From Octopus sinensis (taxonomy: Eukaryota), in NCBI RefSeq assembly GCF_006345805.1, contig NC_042997.1:89032001-89096000 (forward strand): 64,000 bases of DNA, given 5' to 3'. Of this stretch, positions 43,591 through 57,400 are shown one piece after another (within the stretch, counting starts at the first letter, position 1; each line of letters opens with the position of its first letter). A model generated the notes under the pieces. That model was not told the origin of the DNA. It did not search any database and saw only the letters and a program-made list of their open reading frames with translations. Position numbers and translations under genes: made by a program.

Positions 43591-44194
43591 GTAAGATCTA
43601 CATCGTGTTGCTATTGTTGTTTAGCACTCGGTTAACCCAAACTGAACAATTTCATGCGACCTATTTCTAAGGTCCCGATGAAACCAAATTGAGCAATCCA
43701 TGTGACCTAATTTTTAATGTGACAGTATGATTTGAGGAAGATTTAGCTGATATTTCTAGTAGGTCGAACGCCTGCCTAGAGCAGTGAATCCCAAACTTTT
43801 CCCTATCAAGGAGCCCTTTTATTTAAATTGATTTTCCCACGGATACCTGACTTTAGAAATAACAGTGTATTTAATCAGCCGATTTTTATTAACTAACAAC
43901 AAACTAGTTTTCCCAGTTTCATCTCTCAATTGAAAATATGTGTAAATGAACTTTTATATGTAAATGAATATTATACATTCTTCATTGCAGCCTTTTAATA
44001 TTTTGAACGGAGCACGCGGATCCCAGACTGTGAACTGGTGACTTACGGGTAGTCTCGTTCACTCGTTCGTTTAAAATTAGTTATAGAGACAGATAAAAGC
44101 TAGGTGAATTGAACATGGGTTCAGAGTTAAGTGTCTTGATCATAGACATGACGTCGCGGAGGAGAGAGATGTTTTCCGAAATCTTATCTACCCA

Positions 44195-44290
<96 letters not shown>

Positions 44291-45078
44291 TATCTATCTA
44301 TTCTATCTATCTCTATCACTGATATCTCATTCTAACATTTACTCTTTCAGTTGAAGACAAGTGACGTTGTTGGTCTGTATTAACTGCGAATGTTTCCCAT
44401 TCGTAAACGATATTCCACAGACAGAATGACATAAAATCTTCACCATATGGTGAAAGTGTGTACAGATAAAAGAGAGAAAAGAGGAAAAGAATAGAAAGAG
44501 AAGTGACAGGAAAGGAGTGATGACGTTGTTGTTGCTGCTGATGATGATCAAGATGATGATGATGATGACGTTGCCGATGATGACGTTGCTGCTGCTAATG
44601 ATGATGATGGTGACGACGACGACGATAGCGGCGGCGGCGGCGGTTTGGAGTCAGGTCTGTCCTGATACAGCAGACTTATGATGAAAGACATTCCAACTTT
44701 TTTATGAAGCAAATGATATGATTTAAAGAAGATTGTCTAATATTCTTTGCAGATGGAGCGACCGTGTACAGATAGAAGCTCTTTGCTTTTCTAGTAATCG
44801 TGTAGAATGATAGCAACAAGGTGTGAGTGGAATAGATATTAGCAATGTTAAAGAAGAGCAAGGAGAGAAAGAAAAACAGTGGAGAGATATTAGGGTTATG
44901 ATTGGTGGAGAAGTAGATGGGTTTGCGAATTGGCAGAGTTTGTCTGTTAGAATACCTGATGGCATATGTTCAGGAATCTGCGTTTAAATCAGTTTCAGTC
45001 GCGCTAAGATTACATTTTGCTGCAGTTCATTCTTTCAGTGTCGATAAATAAAGCACCAGTGCTGAAGTACTGGGATTC

Positions 45079-45145
<67 letters not shown>

Positions 45146-47219
45146 CGCTCGCTCGCTCTCTCGCTCTCTTTCTCTCTGTGTCTGTCTATTTGTCTATCTG
45201 TTAGTCTCTCTAAGAAGAAGAAGAAAAGAATTAGTAGAAGAAGTAGTAGTAGAAGACGAAGAAGAAGAAGAAGAAGAACAACAACAACAACAACAACACA
45301 GCAACAACAACAACAACAACAGCAACAAGATAACAGCTGTGATCGGACGCAGACTTGTTTTAAAGTCACAACGACTCTCCTACATCTCCAGTGTAATGGT
45401 AGTGATGCAGGTAAAAGCAACGGTGGTGGTGGTGGTGGTGGTGGTGGTGGTGGTGGTATGTATGTATGTATTCTAGTCGAGAATCATAGCAAATGACAAA
45501 TGAATAACAGTAAACGGTGGGGTGGGGGCAATACCAAAAAGGGGATTCGAAATAACGCCCATATCTGAGGACTCGAATAGATATTGTATTGGCCAGGCAA
45601 TGCAATCTTGAGATCTTGTACCTAAGACCAGTCAGTTCTGTTGACAAGTGAGCAGCACAAAACCTGTAGCATACTGGAACAGTTGGTTGTGGCTGTACCA
45701 ATTATAGGTGAAATGAGAAAGGAGGAAATGTTTGTTGGGATTCGAGGAAACCAAAACGAGGCTGACTTGATTCGGGGAGACTGTGTCATGTCGTAATCTG
45801 TATAAACAACGTCAGATTAAATGATACAGTGATACAAAACAATAAAAACGAATTAATCTCCAATGAATAGTTGGGAATGGTTACGTCTAGAAACTTCCGT
45901 TGGTATGTTTTAAAATATTGCAACGTACACTTTTTTTTTTCGGCAAAAACAATATGCATGAGAAAACAAACTAAAATAATTTATATCTTTTTGTGAGAAA
46001 AAATATAGGGGTGGAGGAAGTAAGTAATTTCTGATTTCTCGTTATTTTCCCCCTGTCTGTTTGAAATTATTACATTGCAAGTATCGCATCATCATTTTGT
46101 ACTGTTGCATCACCTATGGGAGTAAAAATTGGCTACCATAATTGTTGCAGTTGTTGAAGTTGAAAGAGTTTCTAACATAGCTGACAAGTCATTTCTTTCA
46201 AGAAATTTTTACTCAGCCTTCACTCGATATTAATTATCCTGATAAGTTTTGGTGTTTAACAATCAAAATTCTTTTCTTTATTGAATTCCAAGTCAATTTC
46301 TTCCCACACTAATATCTAATTTGATGATTCTCAATTCTCAAAAAGTGATGTGTAAAGCGGATCAAAATGAGTAATGACTAATTTCAATAATTCCTTCTCT
46401 TGAACAGAATGGTGCGTAAATATATTAGGAAGAGAGTCACTCCATCAGATCGTGAAGAAACTATAGAGAATATTTTATGCTGAGTTTTTATATTTAGTTG
46501 AGTTTCATTAATTTTATATAGTTTTCCCAAGATGCTCTTTCATTTGTCTTAGATATTTTAAATTTTTGTTGCATTTCTGATCTTTCTAATATCTAAAGGT
46601 GAATAGTGATGTATATGAGTCTTTTTTCAAATGCAACTCTGGAATATTTACCTTACTGTGTCTTATTTTTTTACTCCACTTAAATTTGTCTTTTATATAC
46701 TCAAAGAGAACGGTGATAATTTTCTGAAATAGAGTTCTGAATGTTACAGTGTTTTCAATGCATTTACAGAAGTTCATTTGCTTAGCTTATATAGTTTTAA
46801 TAAGACAATGGACATTTGTAATTTTTTTTAGTAACTATTACTCATTGTGTCCCACTCCTATTGTAGTTATGCATTATGATGAGTTGTTATAAAAGTGTAT
46901 GCGACGATGCAGTTCAAAAGTTCTTAATCATAGACAAAAAATATAGTACTGCGCAAAAATTTCTCCCACTTACAATTCAGACTTATAGAGGTCTCTGTAA
47001 ACACAATGGCAGCAACTGGTTGAGTTCTCACAAACATCTCTATCTATGGGGAAAGATGGGCTCACAGTTACTCAAATATATCAAATGATCCTTCATGCGA
47101 TATGTTGAATTATGTATAGTTCAACATAAAAGCAAGCATTATATATATATATATATATATATATATACGCACACACACTCACACACAAACACACACACAC
47201 ACACACACTACACACAAAT

Positions 47220-47292
<73 letters not shown>

Positions 47293-47659
47293 ACACAGAC
47301 TCCCGTGTGTGAAAGTGGGGTGTAAAGGAATGAAAGCGAGGTCATATAACAATGATAACAGGTATCGGTGAGACAATGTCTTGCTACCAGACACACGAAA
47401 GATTAACACATGTAGCTACTGGCTAGTGCAGTTCAGTTCTTCACTGGATCATATTGCCGGGATGTTTGATGATCGTCGACTGAGACAGACAACTAATATT
47501 TGTGTCTGTGTGTCTGTGCATGTGTGCGTATGGATGCGTATGCGTGTACATGTGTGTGTGTATGTGTGTGTGTGTGTGTTTGTGTGTATGTGTGTTTGAA
47601 AGTAGTTATTTTTGAAAGAGGAATCGTGTTACTGTTGATAATGACAGATGGTTGTAATT

Positions 47660-48200
47660 GAAGAGTGTTAAGGTGGTTGTGGTTGCGGTGGTGATGGTGG
47701 TGGGTGTGGTGCTGGTGGTACTGGTGCTGGGACTGGAGGCGGCTGTGGTGGTTAATTTAATTTATATTGCTGGTGGTGGTAGTGGTAGTAGTAGTAGTAG
47801 TAGTAGTAGTGTAGTATTAGTAGTAGTAGTATAGTAGTAGTATAGTTGTAGGAGGAGGAGGAGGAGGAGGGGGAGGGGGAGGGGGGGGAGTCGCCGCTGG
47901 GTGGTTGGAGGAGGAGGAAGGGGGAGTCGGTGGTGGTGTGGAGGAGGAGGAGGAGGGGAGGAGGGGAGGAGGAAGAGGAGGGATGAGGGGGAAGTGGAGG
48001 TGGAAGTGTGGAGGAGGAAGGGATAGGAGGTGGAGGGAGGATAAGGGGAAATGAGGAGGAGGTGGCGGAGGAGGAGGGGAGGAGGAAGGGGGGGTTGGAG
48101 GAGGAAGGGATGGGAAGTGGAGAGAGGATAAGGGGAAATGAGGAGAAGGTGGCGGAGGAGGAGGAGGAGGAGGAGCAGGATGAAGAGTGGTAGTAGTAGT
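47660..48200 (+). repeat. Purine/G-rich low-complexity block ((GGT)n, (AGT)n, (GGA)n) with an internal duplicated unit of about 85 bp
   Basis: GAGGAGGAAGGGAT...GAGGATAAGGGGAAATGAGGAG.AGGTGGCGGAGGAGGAG occurs twice (about 48010-48075 and 48097-48165). Confidence 0.85.
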
Positions 48201-48427
48201 AGCTATGATTGCTTTAGAATGTAGTTAAGAGAAGAATAATCAATGTTACCAATGTGGAACTAAGGTCCGAGCCCACACTTCCGTTTGTGACGCCGAATAT
48301 TCCTTGTTCTTACTAAAGATATATATCTTTGAGTTCTGAAGACTCAGACTGCCTAAGCAACACGTCTGACAACTGCTCAAACAAGTAAAGCAATTCAGAC
48401 TGAAAAAAAAAATGTCAATATCTACGA

Positions 48428-48630
48428 CAGTGATGGGCAAATTGCGACCGGCGGGATTTTCTAATTGGCAGGTTTAATTTTATGGAGAAAATAACACACG
48501 CATAATTTAATTTGTTTTCTTTGGGGTTTTTTAAGTAGTGCGGCCCACTATAGTTATGTGTTATGCAGTCCACTATATGATGAGCTATGTCTCATGCGGC
48601 CCGCTTCTCGAAAAAGTTTGTCCATGCCTA
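48428..48630. mobile_element. hAT/Charlie-type MITE
   Basis: Ends CAGTGATGGGCAAA / TTTGTCCATGCCTA. The 8-bp flanks ATCTACGA and ATCTACAG match 6/8. Confidence 0.7.
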
Positions 48631-49288
48631 ATCTACAGCGTTGTTGTGTCTGTTGCTGCTGCTGCTGCTGCTATAAGTATTCAATCCTAAACCAGATGTG
48701 ATGTAGCAGACCAATAATCAAAGGCGTTTCAGCAGTGACCATCGCAATTATTTTTCAAACATTAATGTGATCCATCGCCCCTCTCCTTTCAACTTTTGCT
48801 GCTTTAACCCACCAGTCCCTTTTTTCTTTTCTTTCTTTTTCTTATCTCTTTTTTCTTCTGTTTGTTTCTCTTAAATGTTATAATTATTTTGATTACAATA
48901 TACATCAAAAATTTTATATATTTATTCATTCATTATAAATTCATATATTTCTTTCTCCTGTATCAAGCCCATTTATTAAATTATAGAAAAGAAAAATTAC
49001 AGGAAATATTATTATAACAAGAAAATTTTATATAAAGTATCCTGTCATTTTATTTTGGAAAGAATAGGACGTGATTTGAAGAACCTTTGGTTAGTGTTTC
49101 TCGCAAGTCGAGTAGCCAAGTAGCCAAGTAGCAGTTCTTTATTTGAATCGTATCGATAGTGGTGAAAGCTGTAGAATAAGGATCAACCGAAGAGAAACGA
49201 ATCTACATCCCGTTTTCGATTTCTGAGAGGTTCTATTTAATTCAGTTCTGCCACTAATGCATGCCCTTTGCCTGTTCTGTGTATCACA

Positions 49289-49383
<95 letters not shown>

Positions 49384-49742
49384 CTATATCTGGCGCATAT
49401 ATAATGCACATTTAAAGTTTGATATTATCCAACAACTATATATTACCAACACATATTTCCCGCCTGCTAAACCAAAATAACCTCCCATAACTAAAAGTCT
49501 AAAACAAGCATGGACGTTTAGGACAAACTTGTGAAAATGGAAAGGCAAAGAGTTGAGAAAGGCGTGAATGTCTCACAATCCCTTTTTCCCCCCACCCCAT
49601 CTCTCTCTCCCTCTCTCATAAATAAGAATGAGCCTGATTAAATCAAAAGCAGCCACTGTAGTGTTGATGTGAACCAATCAATATTTTTTTTTATTTGATT
49701 AAAATTACACGCTTCGTGTGGAGAAAAATCGTTATTTTAATT

Positions 49743-49794
49743 ACTAATTCTGATGAGGAAAGGCAGGGGAGACGATCCTGAAGCGTTAATTAGT
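49743..49794 (+). ncRNA. Type I hammerhead-like motif, one core substitution
   Basis: ACUAAUU-CUGAUGA-GGA...UCCU-GAAG(for GAAA)-CG-UU-AAUUAGU: perfect 7-bp stem I, extendable by UUUUAA/UUAAAA. Confidence 0.6.
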
Positions 49795-50559
49795 TTATTA
49801 AAATTAATGAAATGTAGAATTCAGCGGGGAGTAAACAGTAGAGCGACAACTCCGGACGTATTTCATAAGTAGATCTCATCAGTAAACCACAGCCTTATTG
49901 CCACTTTTCAGACTGAACGGAGAGGATATTGGACTATAGTGAATGATCACTGGAGGACGTGAGAGCTTAAAAGATTTACTGAGAAAGTACCAAGAGACAC
50001 CTGCAATATTAGAAACAGATAGTAAAATAGTGGGTAGCATACTTGAGGCAATGTGCTAAGAAATTCTAATTCAGTGATATAGGCATAGTGATAAGAAAAA
50101 TCATCAGTTCAATAATTGAGTTTAATTTAATAAATATAGATTGCAATAAATATAATCAATAACAGTTTAGTTATAGAAGAAATAGTAAAGAACTTTTCTT
50201 AGTTGATTTCTTCATTCGCTGTATGTTAAAACAATTACACAATGAATGGAAATAGAAAGTTCAAATTTGGCCTTTTGGCAACTTATTTGCTAAGTTCGTA
50301 GTGCAATACTATTTAAGAAGTCATACAATCTCGGGGTTTATAAAAAAACGAATTCACTTTTACCACAAACACAAATACAATGACTTAGCAACACGATTTC
50401 TTTCAGACAGATATTGGAAGTTTAATAGCTTGCGATACAAAGTACATTAAAAATTGTGTCTAATGTCTGATACTTTTATTATGAATCACGGAAGACGAAA
50501 GGCAAACTCGACCCCAGTTAAATTTGAACACATGTAGTGTGTATAGTACTACGTCAGGG

Positions 50560-51140
50560 GTATTTAACAATTTTCGGCTGCATGCGTGACGTCGGCGTCG
50601 ATGGACAAGTCGATAGAAGCGAGAGGCCAGTTGGTGAGGAGTTTCTGAAGGTAGAGATGATGCATCTACGCCTCGAAGTCAAAGAGGGAGGCGAAACCCC
50701 ACCTGCCTTCGGGAACCCATAAACGAGCATCGCAAAATGGAGTAATTTGTTCCAGTCTTGCGGACTGTTGATAGCAAGTGATTGGTCTATGGACGGCGCT
50801 AGCGCTTTGAAAACAAAATCATGAGCAGCTTTGGGGATCCTGATGATGATTCTCCGCGACTGCCTAAGACGGGAGATCGATGCTTAGGCTTCGCAACCAA
50901 ACAGCGAAACATGGATCGATTCTGTGCCTTCTTCATCTATCGGTACTCTTCTAGATGATGAGTGCATTCGTATTGAAGTAGCGCGACGCCTCGGTCTCGA
51001 TGAGTGTGAGTCATACAAATGCCGTTGAGGAACGGTAGTTGATGAATTCAGACTGATTCCATTATCCTGCAGCCTTAGCGCCAGTCGATTCTCCCAACGC
51101 GCCACTAAATTCAAAATTGGCCATCGACTTCGAACGAATA
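50560..51140 (+). mobile_element. CRE-clade non-LTR retrotransposon fragment (post-RT/zinc-knuckle region)
   Basis: The plus frame reads VPSSSIGTLLDDECIRIEVARRLGLDECESYKCR*GTVVDEFRLIPLSC...RF, matching the CRE-type LDD...RIAV.LRLG...C...C.CG...D..G.H.LSC pattern. Confidence 0.75.
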
Positions 51141-51209
51141 TGTGGTAGGAGAGAGACGGTATATGTATTTGTATATGTGTGTGTACGTATGTGTGTCCGT
51201 GTGTGTGAA

Positions 51210-51258
<49 letters not shown>

Positions 51259-51719
51259 AGGACGTGAGAATACAAAATGACGTCATAATACACTTGAATT
51301 TTACTTCGAAGCAAACATCAAGAGAACATACAATCACAAACACATTGTTTTCTTTGCAGTCATTTTATTAGGATGGCTGAATGGTCAAACACTTCTGGCT
51401 TACCGTGATTATCATTTATAAAGCAAGTAAAAAGTCTTTCTATAATTATTTCCTTAAGTTCTACTAGCTTTTCTGAAAATCTTTCCCTCTTCTTTTTTTT
51501 CAAAACAAAAGAACAAAAAAGATTAGTTTAGCGTTTAGAAAAGTCGTTCTTTGTTTACTATTACGAATTCATCTTTTCTGTTTTTCCTTTTGCGTTTGTT
51601 TCCGTATTCTTATAATTTGTTGCTCCTCAATAACGAATTTTCATTCATTTCTAAAGTCATGGAGGACTCGGAGGTAGCGACTTGTAAGATATGTATGGTG
51701 TAGAATGACATATAGTAAT

Positions 51720-52050
51720 GGCTTCAAAATTTGGCATAAGGCCAGCAATTTTAAGGTGGGGTAAGTTGATTACTTCGATTCCAGTGTCAACCGGTACTTA
51801 TTTTATCGACTTCGAAAGGACGAAAGACAAGGTCGACCTCGGTGGAATTTGACCTCATAACGTAAAGTGGAGCGAAACGCCGCTAAACATTTTTCCCGGC
51901 ATGCTAACGATTCTGCTAACTCACCGTCCTAGAATGACATAATATTTTTTCTGCTTAAAAGGCGGTGAGCTGGCAGAACCATTAGCACGCCGGGCAAAAC
52001 GCTTAGCAGCATTTCGTCCGTCTTTGCGTTCTGAGTTCAAATTCCTCCAG
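51720..52050. mobile_element. Pair of family A SINEs in divergent orientation
   Basis: A minus copy at 51720-51930 and a truncated plus copy at 51957-52050. Confidence 0.75.
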
Positions 52051-52720
52051 GTGGTAGCTTTTAAACAAGTGTGACATGTATTCATCCTGTTTATATTTTA
52101 AGGTCCTTTTAGAGTAAATTTCTTCCTCTTTTGTTGCCAAGTCTACTAAGAACTCGGTAAAAAGAATGATGCCATTATTTTCTTTCCATGGGGTTGAAAT
52201 TTAAAATGATATTTTTGAAAATTTTTGAAGAAAAAGCATTCATTTAAAAGTTGTTATCATCTTCGCAAGCCAGCTAACAAGAGTAGACATTAAAAGATTT
52301 GGCGAGAGTAAAAGAATTTGCCACTCAGAAGTTTTCCTCCACTTTTCCTATGAGCATACCCCCTCTGACAGTAACATACTTCAATGAGTAACATAATAGC
52401 CACTGCAGTGGGCAGCAGTGACGATAACAACCACCAGACAAAGAGAAAGAACTTCCAAGTCAAGATAAAAACAATACCGTCAACACTTGCCTTATCACGG
52501 GAAATGAACTTTTGTACTAGCAACAAATACAATCACTTCAGCAACAGAGAGTGACAAAAGTAACACTACTACTTGTTGATACTCATAAACCAGCTGCATC
52601 ACCACCAATCTGGCCACCGAATGCTGCAGCAGCAGTAGTAACAACAAAAAAGTACGGCTAGATTGCGGGTTTATTAACATACTGCCATAGCATTGATTGG
52701 AGAGTGATAATTAAGAAACC

Positions 52721-53249
52721 ATAATTAAATCTCAGAATGAGATTGAAACAGTAATCGCTCGATAATGTAAAGTATAGAAGCCATCTTATCATGGCTAACC
52801 ACATTGGGGAGGGGGTGTTACTGTAGCTTTATAGCCCCAAGAGATCTTCGTCTCTAGCTGGCTTTAGACACAATATCTGTGTCCTTGGAGTATTTGCAAA
52901 GGGAGGCCATCCCTTCTTCGCAAGCCTGAGTGATACGCTCGAACTAGTTTCGGGATTTTTGTCCCTCGTCAACGGGCGATAACCACCAGGTAGCGATGAA
53001 AGAGAAGGCTCCTTTGCAAATAGATATAAGTTTTTCTAATGGCATCTGCCACTGATGTCGAAAAACGAACAGTAAGCATAATTAAATCTCAGAATGAGAT
53101 TGAAACAGTAATCGCTCGATAATGTAAAGTAAAGGACAGAGATATTGTGTCTAAAGTCAGCTAGAGACGAAGATCTCTTGGGGCTATAAAGCTACAGTAA
53201 CCCCACTCCCCAATGTGGTTAGCCATGATAAGATAGCTTCTATACTTTA
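52721..53249. mobile_element. Fold-back/partial-tandem element with 12-bp TSD and internal hammerhead-like motif (Penelope-like architecture)
   Basis: TSD AATTAAGAAACC at 52709-52720 and 53250-53261. Identical 55-bp direct repeat at 52720-52774 and 53077-53131. Inverted arms at about 52769-52886 and 53132-53248. Confidence 0.8.
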
Positions 53250-53299
53250 AATTAAGAAACCGTTTTCCTAATAATAAAGCATCATTTCCTGAAACATGT

Positions 53300-53700
53300 T
53301 TGAAACAGTGTCACGTGATGACGGAGTGTCGTGGATTCAAAATGATGAACTCAATATCTCATGTGACCACCGTAGGCGTTGATTACTACTACCAGGCATC
53401 TTCTGTACATTGAATGCACCAAACGATTGATGAAGGCCATGGGGATAGCAGCCCACACTATTAAAACTTGCAGTGAGTTGTGCCGCAGTTGTCGGTTTAG
53501 ACGGATGTCATTAAACCTTCTTTGGATATCGTCCCGCAGGTGCTCTATTGGGTTCAGATCCGGACTTAGGGCAGGCCACGGCAGTGTCTGGATGTTGTGC
53601 TGTTGGAGGAAGTCTGTTGTCAGTTGGAACAGGGGATTCCGATGACAAGCAAAGTATGACACAATGTGAGGCCTCAACACTTGTCTTCTGTAAATACATG
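53300..53700 (-). mobile_element. Tc1 (DD34E-type) transposase C-terminal fragment
   Basis: ORF 53351-53680 contains TTDFLQQHNIQTLPWPALSPDLNPIEHL and INRLVHSMYRRCLVV...AYGGHMRY. Confidence 0.85.
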
Positions 53701-54291
53701 TTCAGCCATGGAGAGAAATTACTTTGTTAACAGTTGAAAATTGGCGACAATCTGCCTCAACGAATTCCGTATGGTCCATGCAAACTTGGAAAAGTGGACG
53801 TTGAAAAGATAATGTGTGTGTGTGTGTGTGTCCATGCATGCCATGGTGTGTGTGTTCGTATGTGTATGTGTGTGCGTGTGTGTGTGTGTGTGTGTGTGCA
53901 TGTGGTGTGTGTGTGAGAGAGAGAGAGAGAAAGAGAGAGTGAGTGTGTGTGTGTGTGCGCGTGTCTTTAATTGTTTGGTCATTCTGACATCTGAACAACG
54001 GACTGTCCTTGTACCTACTTTACCGAAAGCGACTGCCTTAGTTGTCTTATTATTCTTTTTTATTCTTTTACTTGTTTGTCGTTGGGCTGTGACTATGCTG
54101 GGGTACCGCCTTGAAGGGTTAAAGGCGAGAAAATCGACTCCAGTACTTACATTTTAAATCTGGTAGTTATTCGATTTGTCTCTTTTTATCGAAACGCTTG
54201 TCTACGGGGATGTATACAAACCAACAACGGTTGTCAATTGGTGACAGATAAACATTAACACGTATAATAGGCAGACATATATACTAACTGT

Positions 54292-54325
<34 letters not shown>

Positions 54326-54334
54326 GACAGGGAC

Positions 54335-54414
<80 letters not shown>
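54292..54414 (+). repeat. (GACA)n(GATA)n microsatellite at the 3' flank of the Tx1 element
   Basis: Directly visible. Confidence 0.97.
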
Positions 54415-54416
<2 letters not shown>

Positions 54417-57400
54417 CTTCTTTTATTAGCCACACAGGGCTGAATACAGAGGGGACAAATACAAATGCAGAGCTTTCTTTTTCGAGGGTGGAAAAAAAAT
54501 AAAAAATGTAAGATAAGATTGCGATCAAAAAGGGATCGAGAGGAGGAAAAAAAAAAAAAAAAAAAGGAAAAAAAAGGAAAATCGTGTATCACAGAAATAA
54601 TGGTGTATAAACATGTGATATAACAAGATTGGGTTCATCCGTGGAAGAAAAGCCTACAGAAAAGACCACGGGAACCCCAGTCAGGGAGGAAATAAACACA
54701 TGAGGTCAAAAATGCTCTCTTTCTTTCTTTTTACGATCTACAGGATCATGCTCAAAATGGTTTCGTTACTAGCACGCACCATCTTTGCAAACATTCACCA
54801 TCTTTTTTTGAATCTTTCGCGAGACAAAACTTCCCTCTCCATTCTCACCTTCCTTTTCAAGTGGTACTTGAAAAAGTTGATGAGCGATGGCCAGAGAGGT
54901 AAGTGTGTTTGTCTCTAATCCTTTCGCTCGAGTCCACCACACACATTCTTTCACCAGGCAACCAGTACGATTGAAAAACTGCCTTGCCTTCCCGGTTGAG
55001 GGAAGGGGCGGAGCAATTTCATTCTCACGATTAGACTCGGCCGATAGGCGGATCGTCCCCACACGTGACAGCAGCCGTTCGGCATAAGCCCACAGGTCGG
55101 AAATGGTTGGACATTGCACGAGTGCGTGCAGAACGGTTTCGTCGCTCTGACCGCATCTCGGGCAAGTCGGTCCAGTGTGTCTGGAACCGTTGTCTGTAGA
55201 GCTTATCCCGACAAGGTAATGCTTCTCGATAGCACTGCCAGGCCAGGGATCTTTGGTGATTGTTCATAGGTCCCGGCCCGAAAGTTGTCCTGAACAGGCG
55301 GTCAGGTGTTCCTCGTCGACGCTCAGACTCTGCCGAGTTCGTCGTCGCAACCTCCCCTCCACTAATCTCTATAGAATGCCTTTGTTGGTGAGAGTCGCAC
55401 AAGTTCGATCCCGGACGGCAGAAGTTGTGAGAGCAACGCGACACTCGCGGTGCCATTCGCCTAGCCTCGGTCTCTGCTGATCCATGACTGTAGTTCGTCC
55501 AAGGAGACGAGCTGCGGGAAAGCGCGCCGCACAAAAGGCGACCACCCCTGTTCACCGTTGTCTATGAAGCGCCGGAGATGTCGCAGTCTCAGCGCATGTC
55601 TGCGCATCATCAACAACGGCATGCCCAGCCCTCCATTTAGGGTGTGTGTTGGCAGCAAATGGATCGCCTAACCATCGGAACGTTTCCCTTCCACAAGAAG
55701 CGGAAGAGTATGCGTTCCAGTTTGGTGATGTAGGGTCGGGACAAGGCACGACGGTCAGACGATACTCGATGACGGATGCGATGTACGCGTTCGCCACCTC
55801 CGCCCGACCTTTTAGGGATAGCTTTCTCTCAGTCCATTTCTGGGTGAGAGTAGCCACCCTAGTCGTTATCTCGCCCCAGTTCTTTCTCCATTTGGAAGGT
55901 CCGGACCGAACCAGACCCCGAGCAATTTAACCGGTCCGTCCGTCCAGCGTCCCACGATGGAGACGCTGTTGGACGGCATGGGCTTGCTTCTCCAGGTGCC
56001 GAGCCGCAAGCCCACTGACTTTTCCCGGTAATTTTTGCTCCCGTTACCGCTTCGTATTCTTTCAGTGTCTCGCCGACAGCTCGTAGCTCGACACTATGAC
56101 GGTGACGTCATCCGCGTATGCAGACACGCTCCTCCCGCATCCCAGCTCTCGTGGGATGCCCCTCAGCGTCGCCAGTTTCCGCAGTAGTGGCTCAAGAGTC
56201 AGTACATACAGCAGCGATGAGAGGGGGCATCCCTGACGAACCGAACGCATGATGTTAAAAGGTCTGGATATATGACCATTTACGCGAACTACTGAGCGGA
56301 TGCCGCTGTATAAGGCAGCGATCCCAACCGCGGAAAACTGGACCGAAACCAGGCCGCTTTGAGGACAGCCTCCAAGTAGTGATGGTCTACCCTATCGAAG
56401 GCTTTTGATTGATCCAAATTGATCAGCGCCCCACCCATGCCAGGATTGTTAACTACCCTGTCTATGATGTAGCGCATCAGATGGAGGTTGTCATGATACT
56501 TCTACCCGGCACGGCGCATGTTTGCGCCTTGTCGATTAGTTCTTGATGACAAGCGCCAACCTCTCGGCTAACACCTTGGCCAAAAATTTTCAAATCTGCG
56601 TTGAGCAGAGTGATGGGCCTGAAATTATCTATGAGTCCCCCCTTGTTTGGGTCTTTCTTGATCAGTGCCACTGCTCCTCGCTTTACAAAAGCAGGAATAC
56701 TCCCGTTCTGCTGCCAGTTGCAGTAGACAGCTGCCAAGACGCCTCCAAACAAGTCTGGCATATGAAAATAAAATTCGTAGGGCAGACCATCCAAGCCTGG
56801 TGACTTGTCTCTCGCGCAGCCTACCATCGCATCCTGTTACATCCGCAGCTGTGATAGGCTTTTCACAAGACTCCACCTCCTTGCTGAGAGTCGTGGCAAG
56901 GCATGCAGGTAGGCACTAAAGTCCACTCTGCTTTCTGACTCACCACTTGTCCCAAACAGTTGGGTGAAGTGTTGTTGAAAAACCCCACACATCCTTTTAG
57001 GCTCGAGCAATTCGCGCCCCTGTCATCTATAAGAGACTTGATGGTGGCTCTGTTGCCTCGTTGCGTCTCCACACTCGGGCCTCTTGGGTGGCTCCAACTC
57101 CTTCGTTCCTCAGAGCACGCATCCTAGCTCTGACAACGCATCCCTCGTGTTTGGCGTTGAGGTGTTGGTCGAGGGCCAATCTCGCCGCCAGTACGTTGGA
57201 CGCGATGCCAGTTCTAAGTGCCTCTTCTAAAACCTTAACTAATTCTCCCTCTATTCTATTTCGGTCTAATGCTAGGGCTCTACTGTATCTGACTGATTCT
57301 GCTTTAATCGCTTTTTTTAGGGCATACCACCATCTGTTGTTGATGATGGTACCCGTCAAAGCTCTCTTAACTAATGTGCTGATCCGGTCCCTGTAAACCT

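Noticed and set aside
45010-45496. ORFs with poly-Q/R/T/G/L/C tracts
   Set aside because: This is a compound trinucleotide and dinucleotide microsatellite cluster with no splice or codon evidence.
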